Shown one piece after another: positions 12,171 through 24,450 of a DNA stretch of 64,000 nt. Under the pieces are notes generated by a model that saw only the letters and a program-made list of their open reading frames with translations, was not told where the DNA came from and did no database searches. Position numbers and translations under genes: made by a program. Within the stretch, counting starts at the first letter, position 1, and each line of letters opens with the position of its first letter. The stretch comes from Eledone cirrhosa (lineage: Eukaryota): contig OZ024743.1 of the NCBI GenBank assembly GCA_964016885.1, positions 158,286,001 through 158,350,000 of the forward strand. The letters are read 5' to 3'.

Positions 12171-12432
12171 TAAATGTAAGAATGGGTTATATCAAATAAT
12201 AATAATATTCAATTCGTTTGCAAGCAAACGGCCTTACTAAGCTATGATGTGCTCTGATGGCTATCACCATCCATTTGTTCAACAGTAGCATCGAGGAACA
12301 ATCTACATGTTTCAGGACTGTATACCTCTATATATGTTGATAGCTATCAGGGCACATCATAGCTTAGTAAGGCCGTTTGCTTGCAAACGAATCAAATATG
12401 ATCATTATTATTCGATATAACCCATACATTTA
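12171..12432. repeat. Inverted repeat (~95 bp arms) with the 3' half of an HHR in the spacer
   Basis: Arms 12171-12266 and 12339-12432. Minus strand of 12300-12328 reads gaggtatacagtcct-GAAA-catg-TA-gatt. Confidence 0.85.
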
Positions 12433-12481
12433 TATGTATATATATATAAATATAGTTATGTAAGATAATATAGTTATGTAT

Positions 12482-12572
12482 GATAATTATTTCATTTACC
12501 AAAGGTTTCACGAAGATAGACGAGCCTGATGCAGACATCTTCGTGAAACCTTTGGTAAATGAAATAATTATC
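12482..12572. repeat. Perfect 36-bp-arm palindrome containing an HHR 3' half
   Basis: gataattatttcatttaccaaaggtttcacgaagat / atcttcgt-GAAA-cctttgg-TA-aatgaaataattatc. Confidence 0.9.
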
Positions 12573-12662
12573 TTATGTTATTTATTACATAACTAAAAAG
12601 CTCTGTAGCCTACATAGAGCACTCTCTTTTCCTGTACCTTTCCTATGGAAACACTTCATATA

Positions 12663-13015
12663 TATCATCATCATCATTTCATCATTTCATTTTACGTCCG
12701 CTTTTTCCCCTGCTTGCAAGGGTGGGACGGGAACTGATTCTGGCTTGATTTCTACAGCTGGATGCCTTTCCTAACACCAACCTCATTTACAGTGAGTGCT
12801 AGGTGCTTTTTTGCCGTAGCACCTCCACAACCACTTTGCAGTGGAATGATAGGGACCCCAGTCCCTATCATCTCATTTCTACAGCTGAGTAAACTGGAGC
12901 AATGTGAAATAAAGTGTCTTGCTCAAGGAAACAACACATCACCCGGTCTGAGAATTGAACTCGCAACCTTTTGATTGCAAGGCCAATGCTCTAACCACTA
13001 AGCCATGTGCCTCCA
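12663..13015 (-). mobile_element. SINE family B1: tRNA head + CORE-like domain + RTE-derived 3' tail
   Basis: Minus strand TGGCTTAGTGG (A box), GAGTTCAATTC (B box), ccttgagcaagacacttta..cagtttactcagctgtagaaatg (MIR-CORE-like), tail shared with RTE 3'UTR, (GAT)n end. Confidence 0.9.
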
Positions 13016-13989
13016 TATATATATATAAAATATATATATAAATATATCTCCATATATATATAAAAGAAGTAAAGAGATGAACCAATTCATCTGTGGGTCA
13101 AAAATTGTAATATGCTGCCAACTGAGACTTTGAAAATCAGTTTTTGGATGTGGTCTCAGAAGTTTTTGGGTGTAGTAGCAGCACTGACCCAGATATGTGG
13201 GAGCAATACTCCATTGTGTGTCTGATTTAATCTGTGTAAAGTATCAGCAACTAATGAAAGCTGGAGTGTTTCCTATCTATGAAAATGAAGACTGCACTCT
13301 GCATGTAGTTTTAGTTGTGTATGTGTGATGTATGTGAAGTTGTTGGGAAATATCATCTACTTACATCCGTACTAACTTTGAGAGTTTTAATTGTGTATTG
13401 TCCAAAGGTAAGGTGTTATATTACTTCTGTGGTGATTGTGATTATAGTTGAAGTAGTTTCTATATTATGCTGTGTTATGTATATGGTTTTACCACATTTC
13501 ATTTCATACAGTTTTCATTTTATTTCCTTGAATTGTTGAATATTGTCAATAAAATCGCACTCTTATTTTTTGTGTATGAATGTGAATATGTATACATGTA
13601 TACATGTCTCACAAGTGATCCCTTGTTTGCCAGGCTCTCTATGGCTAGATGCCCTTTCTATCACCAATCAATTTACAGTCTGTACTGGGTACGTTTTTTT
13701 GTGTAGATCACCAACATTAGTGAGGTTGACATGCTGTTATTACAACTTGACCCTTTTGGCAAGATTTTTTTTTTTTTTTGGAGGGGCCTCTTCCTATCGC
13801 CAACTACCTTGGCAATAGGAAGGTGTACTGCGTGCATTTTCCATGGCACATACAATTTAAATGATTATACAACATAAGTAAACATTTAAAAATTTAACAA
13901 TTGATTCTCACTTTGAAATATCGGTATCAGAAAGTATCTCCTTTATTATCTTCTTTATTATACAAGGAAGATATACCTACAACATTTAA

Positions 13990-14224
13990 CCCTTTCTTTA
14001 CTATATTTCTATAACATATAGCCTTTCAATTAATCAATGAAGAATTTGAAGGGAATTACAAAAATTATTAATAATTTCATTATTTCGATAGTATTTGTTA
14101 TATAATTTAACAAAAAGTTTTATATTAAATTTTGTTAGGTTTTAATCTAAATAGGAACCTTTAAAATGGGTGATTTTGTTTCTTAGAATTATAACTGGAT
14201 CTGACCAGGTGGGTATCAAAAGGG
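13990..14224. mobile_element. piggyBac-type MITE
   Basis: TTAA|CCCTTTCTTTAC ... GTATCAAAAGGG|TTAA. Confidence 0.65.
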
Positions 14225-14272
14225 TTAAACATTGGTGTTCTTTCTCTATTTTCTTGCTTTTTCTCCTTTTAG

Positions 14273-14440
14273 GATAGAGAACTCATTTCAAAACAATTGA
14301 AACAATGTGAGAACTCACTTTCAGAATTACAATCACAGTTACCAATTATAAGTAAGGAGAAAGATTTGTTACAACAAGAGTTAAATAAAGAGAAGCTAAT
14401 ATTTCAAGTTATCACTAACAGTAAAGAAGAATTGATTAAG
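14273..14440 (+). CDS. Internal exon of a coiled-coil protein (56 aa, DRELISKQLKQCENSLSELQSQL...KEELIK)
   Basis: Long polypyrimidine tract + TAG acceptor, AAG|GTTTGT donor, 168 nt open, phase 0/0, heptad-like L/E/K/Q pattern. Confidence 0.78.
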
Positions 14441-14471
14441 GTTTGTTTGTTATTGTTATTATTTTATTATA

Positions 14472-14660
14472 GGGCGGTGAATTGGCAGTATCGGTAGAGG
14501 GTCGGACATGCGTTCCAGCATAGTTACGTCCCTTTACGATCTGAGTTCAAATCCCGCCGAGGTTAACTTTGCCTTTCATCCTTACGGGGTCGATAAAATA
14601 AAGTACCAGTAATGTACTGGGATAATTGCTGGCCTTGTGCCAAAAGTAGAAACAGTTATT
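14472..14660 (+). mobile_element. SINE family A
   Basis: Full-length match to the other family A copies; ~30 bp downstream of the exon donor. Confidence 0.92.
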
Positions 14661-15249
14661 ATTTTATTATAATGTTGGTTGATATTTATGTTATTAATCC
14701 CCATCCCCAGAAATATGAAAGGCCAAGGTAAACTTTGCCTTTCATTCTTCTTTGGTTGATAATATACATAGCTGTCAAATACTAAAGTCAAGCTTATCAA
14801 CAATGGCTGTTTCTAAAATGTTGTTCTTGTTAGAGTCATTGGTTTTAATTAACACCAAGAAGACAGTGAATTGGAAGATTCAAATATGTGCCTTTATATT
14901 CCAAATAGAAATTCTGCTAAAGTGAATTTTCTTTTCATTTTTTACATGACGATTATAAAAAATATTAAGTATTAGTCAAGTACTAGTAAAAGTGTAAGTT
15001 CTGGGATTGAGTGAATAACAGAGGGTGTTATTTGTGGTTTCATGCTATGACTTGGCAGATTGGTAGGCTACATGACCAAATATTCCTTGCTGTATTTAGT
15101 GAGATCATTTTATATTTTGTGTTCGAATTCCATTATATTTGGTTGTCTTTCATCCTTGAAGGGTTCAGAAAATAAGTAACAGTCACATATTGCAGTCTAT
15201 TAAATTTAGTACACCTCTACCACTACACACAAACTTTTGAACTACCTGT

Positions 15250-15628
15250 ACCTATGTTAGAGAGAGTGAACAGTCACCTTCAGAACCTTTCAACATCATG
15301 CACTTGGTTTGCTAAGGTTGTTCCCTCTTGTCCATGCCATCTAACAGTGTCATTGGGTGTTGGACGGACGGACCAGTTAAATTGCTTGGAGTTTGGTTTG
15401 GTCCAGACCTCCAGACAGACAAAAACTGGGATGAGGTGATGAGCAGGGTGGCCACTCTCACCCAGAAATGGGCCAATAGGAAGGTATCCCAGAAAGGTTG
15501 GGCAGAGGTGGTGAACAGATACATCACATCTGTTATCTACTATCGCTTGACCATCATGACTTGTCCAAAGCCTTGTCTGACTGGACAAAGCGTTTGCTAT
15601 TTTGCTTTTTGTGGAAGGGATATGCTCC
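15250..15628 (+). mobile_element. Tx1/L1-like LINE reverse-transcriptase fragment (thumb region)
   Basis: VKLLGVWFG......NWDEV..RV......W..RK.S.KG.A.VVN.YI.S.I.YRL motif. Confidence 0.75.
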
Positions 15629-15703
15629 AAAATAAAATACAAATAAAAATAAAGTGAGCTGAAAACAAAAACAAAAAGAAACTGAGTAAGTATTAGTCTT
15701 TAA

Positions 15704-15888
15704 TAATTGTTTCTACTTTAGGCACAAGGCCAGCAATTACTCAGTGCATTACTGGTACTTTATTTTATCGACCCCGTAAGGATGAAAGGCAAAGTCAACC
15801 ACGGCGGGATTTGAACTCAGACCGTAAAGGGACGTAACTATGCTGGAAAGCATGGCGTCCGACCCTCTACCGATACTGCCAATCCACG
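15704..15888 (-). mobile_element. SINE family A
   Basis: Reverse-complement full-length copy. Confidence 0.92.
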
Positions 15889-15949
15889 AATAATATAAAC
15901 TCATATGACATTTAGCAATTATATAAAAAACAGTGGTTGTATTCATTGA

Positions 15950-16845
15950 CTTAAGTCCACCTTCGACTGCATTGACTGGACCTCCCTATAGAGATTGTGC
16001 TCAATGTTATCATGTGACAAACTTTCAAAGAACAAAGCTGTGTACAGTTTGATGCCAACAAATCCATGACCAACCTCATGTTTCCCGATGTCAGTGCTGT
16101 TTTCACTGACAATGATGCTAAAGCAACATATATCTTGTACAACATTGCCCACTTCACTTGGCCTTATGATCACAGATCAATGCGAACAAGACAGAAGTTT
16201 AACAACAGATGGCTCGCTAGCCATTGTGCATCTTGATGGCATTCAGATTGAGCAGATCTGTGAGTTCAAATATCTCAGCTCACTGGTTGTGACTTCTGCA
16301 TTTGGATCCCTTCGATGGTGCATCTGGATGAAGCCTCATATCTCCCTGAAGACCAAGATCCATCTTTTTGGCATGCTGGTCCTACCTGTCCTCCTCTACA
16401 GCACTGAGACCTGGACCATCCTCAAACAAGACCTGAACAAGCTCAAGGTGTTCCAAATATGATGTCTTCATCAGATCCTTGGTGTTTCTCTAAGCAAAGC
16501 AACCAAATCTCAAACAACATCCGAGAACAATGCCAGCAGCAGCTGACTATTGAAGACTAAATCCAGCAACAGAGGCTACAGTGGTTTAGCCATGTCTGCA
16601 GAATGAGCACCAGAAAAGTACTACAACTTTTATCATGACAGAGACCTGTGCACTGAAGAAGAGAAGGATCTGAAATCTCAGTGCCTCGGCCTCGACCATG
16701 CTAAGGTGAGCACCATGGATAGAAAAGTATGCAAGAACATCATCGGAGTCCATCATATAGCATCACTCACAGCACCGTTTTGGTTGAGAGTACCACCTCC
16801 CCCAATCACCAGCTAGGGATAGAAAGAAGGAGTGTTTTATCCTTT
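15950..16845 (+). mobile_element. Decayed RTE-clade LINE 3' fragment with (GAA)n tail
   Basis: IEQICEFKYLSS...AFGSLRWCIW..PHISLKTKI..F..LVLPVLLYSTETWT......KLKVFQ, then RRLQWFSHVCRM. Confidence 0.8.
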
Positions 16846-17199
16846 CAAGAAGAAGAAGAAGAAGAAGAAGAAGAAGAAGAATAAGAAGAATGAGGAGGGG
16901 GGGGGAGACGGAGAAGGAGGGGGAGGAGGAGGAGAAGAAGAAGAAGAAGAAGAAGAAGAAGAAGAAGAAGAAGAAGAAGAAGGAGGAGGAGGAGGAGGAG
17001 GAGGAGGAGGAGGAAGAAGAAGAAGAAGTTACAACTTACTATATAATCTTCAAATCCTGCCTATGTCAACTTTGTCTTTCATTCTTCTGGGGTTGATAAA
17101 TAAAGTGTTGGGATCGATGTGACTTACCTAAATTGCTGCCCTCATGCAAATGCAAGAAAGAATTATGGTTAGACTAGTAGATAGTAGATGGGTACACTA

Positions 17200-18248
17200 G
17201 TAGATGGGTACACAAGAGATGTAGCGGGATCTCAGGAAGCTTAATTAAGAATGTAGGATTCACATGCAGCAGCTGTGCTGAAACAGCAAGCAAACAGCCA
17301 CAGGAAACAAGTACCACCAATCTCTGGGAGGGCCCTGTAGAAACAGTAGACAGCTTCTGCTACCTAGGTGACCGAATTAGCAACGGAGGTGGGTGCTCAG
17401 AAAGTACAATAACTAGGGTAAGAACGGGATGGAAGAAGTTTAGGGAACTACTACCACTGCTAGCTGCAAAAGGCTTCTCCCTCAGAATGAAGGGCAGACT
17501 GTATGATGCGTGTATCCGAACAGCGATGTTGCATGGTAGTGAGACCTGGGCGCTGAAGGTGGAAGACTTACGTAGATTAGAGAGAAACGAAGCCTGCATG
17601 CTCCGATGGATGTGTAACAGTAATATACGTGAACGACAAAGCATAAAGGAATTGAGAGAGAGACTGAGCATAAGAGGAATCAAATGCTGCGTGCAGGAGA
17701 GGCGGTTACGCTGGTATGGACATGTGATGCGTATGAAGGATGACAGCTGCATAAAAAGGTGCAGAGCACTAGAAGTTGATGGAAACCGCGGAGTGGGGAG
17801 ACCCAAGATGACTTGGGATGAGGTGATAAAAGCCGACCTTACCCAACTACACCTCTCAAAGTCAATGACACACGACCGTGACTTCTGGCGTCACGCAGTA
17901 ATACAGGGTACCCGACCTCCCATGGGTACATGCTGAAGCATATAAACAATATGCCCCCCCCCCCACCACCACCACCGCAAGGTGGTCGTGGAGGCGCCAC
18001 GGCAAAAAAGCACCCAGCCCACACTGTGAAGTGGACGTGTAGGCGCCACGAAAAAGCACCCAGCACTCACTGTAAATGAGGTTGGTGTTAGGAAGGGCAT
18101 CCAGCTGTAGAAATCAAGCCAGATCAGTTCCTGTATGAGCAAGGCATGGTCAGCCGACCAGACACTGCCCACAACAGGACAACCCGTCTAACCCATGCTA
18201 GCGTGGAAGAACGGACGTAAAACGGTGATGATGATGATGATGATGATA
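17200..18248 (+). mobile_element. RTE-clade LINE, 5'-truncated young copy with 3'UTR and (GAT)n tail
   Basis: FCYLGD..., KGRLYDACIRTAMLHGSETW, RRLRWYGHVMRM, GRPKMTW; closely similar to 39495-40530 (minus). Confidence 0.93.
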
Positions 18249-19239
18249 GCAAAATTATTAGAGGAATAGATAAAATGGAGAATACTATTCAATTATATAC
18301 TTTTACATTATGAGTTTAAATCTCACTGGGATTGACTTTGGCCTTTAGCCATCTTGGGCTGCTAAAATAAGTGCTATTCAAGTACTAGAGTTGATTAAAT
18401 CGATGAAGTCCTCAACACAAAATCAGTTGCCTTGTGCTTGCTTCCATCAGAAATTATTATTATATATTTTCTTATTATATTTCTGTTTTTAAATAGTGAG
18501 CTTTTATTTTTTATAATTATTTTGTACAACCTTAAAATGTTTAATATGCCTTAATATATTGTCTAGCATCTCTGCTCATACTTATTATCCTAATTATCAT
18601 TTAATGTTTATTCTCCCTGCTACCAAGGGTTGACCAAGTCACCACAGACTATGTCAATACTTAATTAGAGCTCTCAGATGGACTGGGAGGTGCATCTCAT
18701 ATACATTCCCACACTTTCTAATTCTACAGACTGTACCAGGTGCATTTTCATGGCACCAGCACTAGGGATGTTCCCATATCTCTGACACAACTAAAGAGTC
18801 CTCTTGATCCTTTGCTTGGAAAGTTTTCTATAGCTGGATAAACTATCACAAACCGTTTTACAGATTGTATTGGCTGCATTTCATTGTTTTATCAACAATA
18901 GAGTATTTTGTCGAGCCCTTAACATAACTGAAATGTCATCTTGACCCTTTGTGTGCCATGTTTTCTACAGCTGGATGTCCCTCCTATTACCAACCACCTC
19001 GTGTATTTTTTCATTGTGCTAGCACTAGATAGGTTGCTGTGTTATGACTGAAGGGTTCTTCCAACTTCTTTGACGTGGTTTCTACAGCTGGAAGCCCTTT
19101 CATAACACAAACCAATATACAGAATGCATTGGATGCATTTTAGCATAACCCCAGAACTAGGTAGGCTGTCTGTCATTGTGTCAACTGAAGAACCCTGTCT
19201 ACTCTAAGGGGGAAGCGGGGAAATATACCTGAATATTCT

Positions 19240-19500
19240 TCTTCACCCACTTATTCCTCAGAGGGTCATGGGGGAAGAGTCCTCAAATACTCCTTCCTGT
19301 GAATCCTGTCAGAAGCAACCATCTCCAATTGATCTGGTTGGATCTCCAAGTGAGACCAGTTTAACTCATGGATGTTATCCAACCATCTTGCTTAGGGGCC
19401 TACTCTTGGGTATCCTGCTAGTTGGTTTTGCCCATAAAATATGTCCAGCGATTCTTTGCTGAGACATTCAAACCACATGCCCATAATATCAGAAGTATAA
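19240..19500 (-). mobile_element. Old RTE-like 3' fragment (related copies at 37135-37470 and 48170-48560)
   Basis: Shared tcctgtcagaagcaa..tccaattgatc..ggatc..gagaccag..attctttcctgagacat; the 37 kb copy ends in a (GAA)n tail on the minus strand. Confidence 0.65.
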
Positions 19501-19789
19501 TCCTATGGGTGTATGACAGGGGTGGTTGCAAGTATGTCAAAAGTGTATAATAGATATTGTGAGATTTGACACGGTTATGAAAGGATGAATGGCAGTGATA
19601 ATGAAAACAGCTACTAACTGTTATGTTTGATGTTTTATGATTTAAATAAGGCGGTGGTGGAACAGGGTAGAAGAGAGATGGAGTGGCATATACAGTGATA
19701 GTGAGGATAGTTACTATGGTGTGGTGTTGAAGGGATGGAAGCCACTTGAATAGGTGTTCATACTTTTACGTTGATAAGCAGGTTTTTCC

Positions 19790-21000
19790 TAGTATAGCAT
19801 ATAGTCAATCCTCTCAGCTTTTTAAGTCTGATCTTCACTATGTCATCCCATGTTCTTAGATCTAACTCTTTCCATGAGCTCCATCCACCATATCAGATTT
19901 TTCTTATACCGAGCTTTTCTCTCAATTCACCTTTGCTGCAATGCTCATGCACATTACCATTACACGTCCACCAGAGCATATTAGCTTCATTTTGTTCCAA
20001 CTTTTGCGGATTTTCTGCAGGTAAGGCCCATATGTTGCTGTCATGTAGCATTTCAGTCTACATAGACATTCTAACCCTTCACTTTTAACTAAGTACTCCT
20101 CTTGCAGTTGTCTCACAAGGAAAATGGCATTAGTAGTACCCCTATCTGGTATAGAACCAAACTGCATCCCATCTAGAAAGATTCTGACTCTACTTAGTTG
20201 TGCTATAACCCTTTCAGAAACTTTAATGAGATGGCCCATGAACTTGTTGCCGCTATAATTACTATTGTCGTGTACATCTCCTTTGCCCTTGTAGCAGTTT
20301 ATAACAATACTGCTGTGCCACCCTGTACTATTTGATTAATCATGCATCTAACTCATACCCTACCATGCTAGATGCTTTTAGCATCTCCACAACTATGGTC
20401 TCTATCTCACTGTTGTCTGCGTTTATGGCTGGACCCCCAGTTGGGGTTACATGGGGTAGGCTACTGTCCTTTTTATTCTCTTCATTCAGCAGACTCTCAT
20501 AGTAAAACTTCCATGCCTCTTTTATTTCAGACACATTTTTCCCAACAACATTCCAATTTTATCTAATAAACTGTTTCACACGCCAGAACACTTCATGCTT
20601 CTGATTCTCATGATGTAATAGAACATGTGCAAACTTTTTTCTATTTTAGCTTCTCCTCTTGCTAAATATCCCTCTCTCCTAACCTTTCTTTGAGGTATTT
20701 GGTCTTTCTGTCTGTTACCAATTATTTTCCAGTCTTTCCAGGTCTGTCTTTGTGCTTTTATGGCTCTATCTGTCCAATCATTCTACTACCATGTCACTTT
20801 CCGTCTTACTGGTACCTTGCTCAATCTGCAGGCCAACTCTTCTTTCTTACAAAGTAGGATTTTTCTGAATTTGTTGCCAGCTAAGGATTCTTTTGGCTTC
20901 CAAGTCCTTCATTTCCAAATCAGCTGTTGCCTCTGAGTTCATCACACCTTAAGTCACAGATGACTAATTTGTTGCATTGGGAAGTGCTTAACATTTAACT
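19790..21000 (-). mobile_element. Degenerate RTE-clade LINE fragments
   Basis: KVSERVIAQL...MQFGSIPDRGTTNAIFLVRQLQEEYL and EAWKFYYESLLNEEN, homologous to 40976-41866. Confidence 0.85.
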
Positions 21001-21189
21001 CCATTTGTCTATCTCCTTTCCTGGTTTGAGACAAAGAGAGAATTAATGGCAACACTTAACTGGTACTTTATTTATCAACTTTGAAAGGATGAAAGGCAAA
21101 ATTGATCTTAATATGATATGAACTCAGAATGCAGAGAGTGGAAACAAATATTATAATGCTTTCTATTCAGCACTCTACAAGTCTGCCAT

Positions 21190-21512
21190 AAGGTGCATGG
21201 CTTAGTGGTTAGAGTATTGGGCTTACACCCATGAGGTTGTGAGTTCGATTCTCAGACCAGGCTGTGCATTGTATTCTTGAGCAAGACACTTTACTTTATG
21301 TGGCTCCAGTTCACTCAGCTGTAGAAATGAGTTGTGACATCACTGGTGCCAAGCTGTATTGGCATTTGCCTTTCCCTTGGACAACATCAGTGGCATGGAG
21401 AAGAGAGACTGGTAGTCTTCCACAAACAACCTTACCCAGACTGGTGCATCAGAGGGGAACTTTCTAGGCACAAATCCCATGGTCATTCATGACCGAAGGG
21501 GTCTTTACCCTT
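21190..21512 (+). mobile_element. SINE family B2 (same tRNA/CORE-like head, different tail); second copy at 52457-52742 on minus strand
   Basis: tggcttagtggttagag..gagttcgattc..cttgagcaagacact..; tail cccatggtcattcatgaccgaaggggtctttaccc. Confidence 0.85.
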
Positions 21513-21600
21513 TTTACAAGTCTGCCAGTTTACTGCTTTGTTGTCCATAGTAATTATAATTAAATTTTGTTTATATTTGGTTACTTGTTTATTTATGAAG

Positions 21601-21726
21601 GAGAATACACTGCTGCAAACAAAAATAAACTCTTTACAATATGATGCTAAAACAAGGGGGAGAGAAGTTTCAAACTGCAAAAATGACTATAGGAAGCTGG
21701 AAGAGGAATACTCAGCTGTAAAAAAG
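21601..21726 (+). CDS. Putative internal exon of a coiled-coil protein (42 aa, ENTLLQTKINSLQYD...LEEEYSAVKK)
   Basis: T-rich tract + AAG acceptor, AAG|GTAAAA donor, 126 nt open, phase 0/0, joins in frame to the 14273-14440 exon. Confidence 0.68.
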
Positions 21727-22202
21727 GTAAAAAAAATATATTCATATCTATAAGCTACTACAAACCAATTGCCATTTTGTATTATTTTTGCCAGTTTTGA
21801 TATATCCTCCATTAAAAAAGGCCTACAAAATACTCAAGTGAGTCATCATTCTATATACATTTCTTGTTATTTTGTTATTTGGTTAAATATGACAAGGTAT
21901 TTCTTATTTTGTTTTTCTTTAATATTCCTGCTGAATAATTTATTCCATTTTGTGAAAATTTCATATATTTAATCTTAATTTATATAATGAATATAATTTA
22001 CAAAAAAAAAAAATCAATAAAAATTAATCAGAAAGAAAAAAAAGAAAGACACATACACTCCCTCAATATTACACTACAACAGGGAATGCTGGTATTACCC
22101 TCTAAAACTTTTTGAGGCAATTCGAAACACTCCTAGTACTACCACAACAGATAGTGATGTTAAAGCGCTGAAATAGCCAAGCACTTTCACAGGCATCACA
22201 TA

Positions 22203-22390
22203 ATAATTGTTTCTACTTTAGGCACAAGGCCAGCAATTACCCAGTGTATTACTGGTACTTTATTTTATCGACCCCGTAAGGATGAAAGACAAAGTCAACC
22301 TCGGCGGGATTTGAACTCAGATCGTAAAGGGACGTAACTATGCTGGAAAAGCATGGCGTCTGACCCTCTACCGATACTGCCAATCCACCG
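22203..22390 (-). mobile_element. SINE family A with target-site duplication
   Basis: Full copy flanked by gcatcacataataat on both sides (22193-22207 and 22390-22404). Confidence 0.92.
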
Positions 22391-23623
22391 CATCACATAA
22401 TAATGAAATAAGATGAGCCGCCAAGAATGACAGAAACTTTACTGTCAAAAGACCAGTTTCTTCATACAACTCCAATATCACAGGCTGATAAATTTACCAG
22501 CTAAAATCTTCATAAATGAACTATACAGATCAATGGGGCTCTTTGTAAAAGCATTTTTCAGTATATTTGCTGCTTAGCCATAGATCAGCTCTATTTAAGC
22601 ACCCCTATAATCAAAGACATTCCAACCATGACCAACTAGTCTTTTTGTACACCAGGGACTATATTTTCAAATCTGTGTGTCATTATTTACGATGGTACAG
22701 TGTGATATGAAGAAGATTTGGCTGGTAATTTTAACAGGTCAAGTGAATGCATGGAAAGTCCCTCTTTGAATGTTTTTTCTTCTGTGCAATTAAAGCTAAT
22801 ATACATGTTTGTGTGGAAGTGTAGGAGTCCACTTCTATTTCCTGATTCACATTAGGAAGGGCATCTAACCACTAAAAAAAGAATGAAAGTTTACTTTTAT
22901 AATTAAAATACAAATAAAAATAATATGTGCTGAAAACAAAAACAAAATAAATTGAGTATGTAATAGTCTTTAATTATATAAACTCATCTGACATTTAGCA
23001 AGTGTATAAAATCTGCAACTGCAGATGCTTGATAATGTACTTACAGACTACATTGATATTTAAAGAACTCTGTGTTCACAATGGCTAGAAATTAAATAGA
23101 AAAATTGTACTGCAAGAGAAGAATTATGACACTAAATGCAAGAAAAATAACTGTAAAGAGAGAAGTCAGTTCTCATATTATTTTAGTTTGATGGTGCTTT
23201 CAATTAGAATGGAATTTCTATTCTATAGCTAAATTATCACTAGTATGTAACAAATTGTTCTCTAGGCAAAAGCAACCTCCTTACTCAGCAGAACTTCAGA
23301 AATATCTGCTGATATCTCATGATCATTATGTAATTTTTTTAAAAGTCTGTGAAGGCTCATATTTGTGAATGAATGATTCAGAGACCCCTTCTGCAGAAAA
23401 AAACAATAGTTAAGTTAGGGTTAACATATTTAATGAAGGAAGGATTATAAAGCTAACTAGAAATAATTATTTTAGTGAACTGTTGTTTTTTCAAACAGAT
23501 AACTTCTTTGGGATATTTATTCACGAAGCACTTATATTTTTCTATGCTAACCAGTATACAATCTTGTATATGTATATAGTGGTTTTCTCATCACTTCCTC
23601 AGCAAATATGATGAAGTTTTTGC

Positions 23624-23663
23624 TTTGCTGATGAGGTCAGAATAAGACCAAAACATATCTAAG
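23624..23663 (+). ncRNA. Degenerate minimal hammerhead motif
   Basis: tttg-CTGATGA-ggtc-agaataa-gacc-aAAA-cata-TC-taag; perfect stem II, GAAA mutated to AAAA. Confidence 0.5.
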
Positions 23664-24239
23664 TTGTCTCCTATTTTTAATGAAATAATTAAACAACAGT
23701 ATGGTTAATATTTTTTTATTATTGTTTCTCCCAGTGCATATTTATCTCTTGTTAGCTTTTTTTATTCATTCTCCTGACATTATGTGTAAACACTAACTTA
23801 ACAATTAATAGGCCAGCTAAATATATCTCATATTTCATAATAGTCATATTTTTCTAATGCTTTGCAATTATTAGCTGAAATTTTCCTCATCCTATTGGTC
23901 AAACAATGGTTGTACCTATATTTTGGTCACAATATGTTGTAAAAAGAAGAACACTAAAATATAACGCAAATAATGCCTAAACACTCCTCCATATTAGAAA
24001 GGTTTCTCTCTCTCTCACACACACACACACACACTTTCATACACATACACACTCACTCTCTCTCTCTCCCTCTCTCTCATTAATCATACCAAGTACAGAG
24101 TATTGAAAGAGCATAGTAAAACAGGAAATACTATTTTGGTGAAGTGATTCTGCAAATGGATTCAATTCTCATTGCGATCGTTTATTTCCCTTAGACTGCT
24201 TGGAAAACTTATAAGCATCAGGGTCCCTATTTACATCAC

Positions 24240-24450
24240 TGCTATGAGCCAATGAGAGAGCGTTTATGTTGTTGCACAACCTGCTAGAAATAGCAGCGAA
24301 ATCTCTTTCAAATTATACCTGTTTTCAACAAAAAAGGAAAGACACATTGGATAAAGTAATCGCATAAAAACACGGTGAGAAGATGAGGTGGTCATGGATG
24401 GATCATATGTTTTCTCTACCAGGGTTGATCTGAGACTAAACAACAGCAAT
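24240..24450. repeat. Old dispersed repeat family (related copies near 610-890, 22570-22770, 33700-33820, 34250-34740)
   Basis: Recurring ctagaaatagcagc(c/g)aaat(c) / gatttggctgct motif and ggtcatggctggaat..ttgatcata context. Confidence 0.55.

Noticed and set aside
23049-23090. Possible terminal exon after tacttacAG
   Set aside because: Only 13 codons before a stop, weak acceptor context and no other support.
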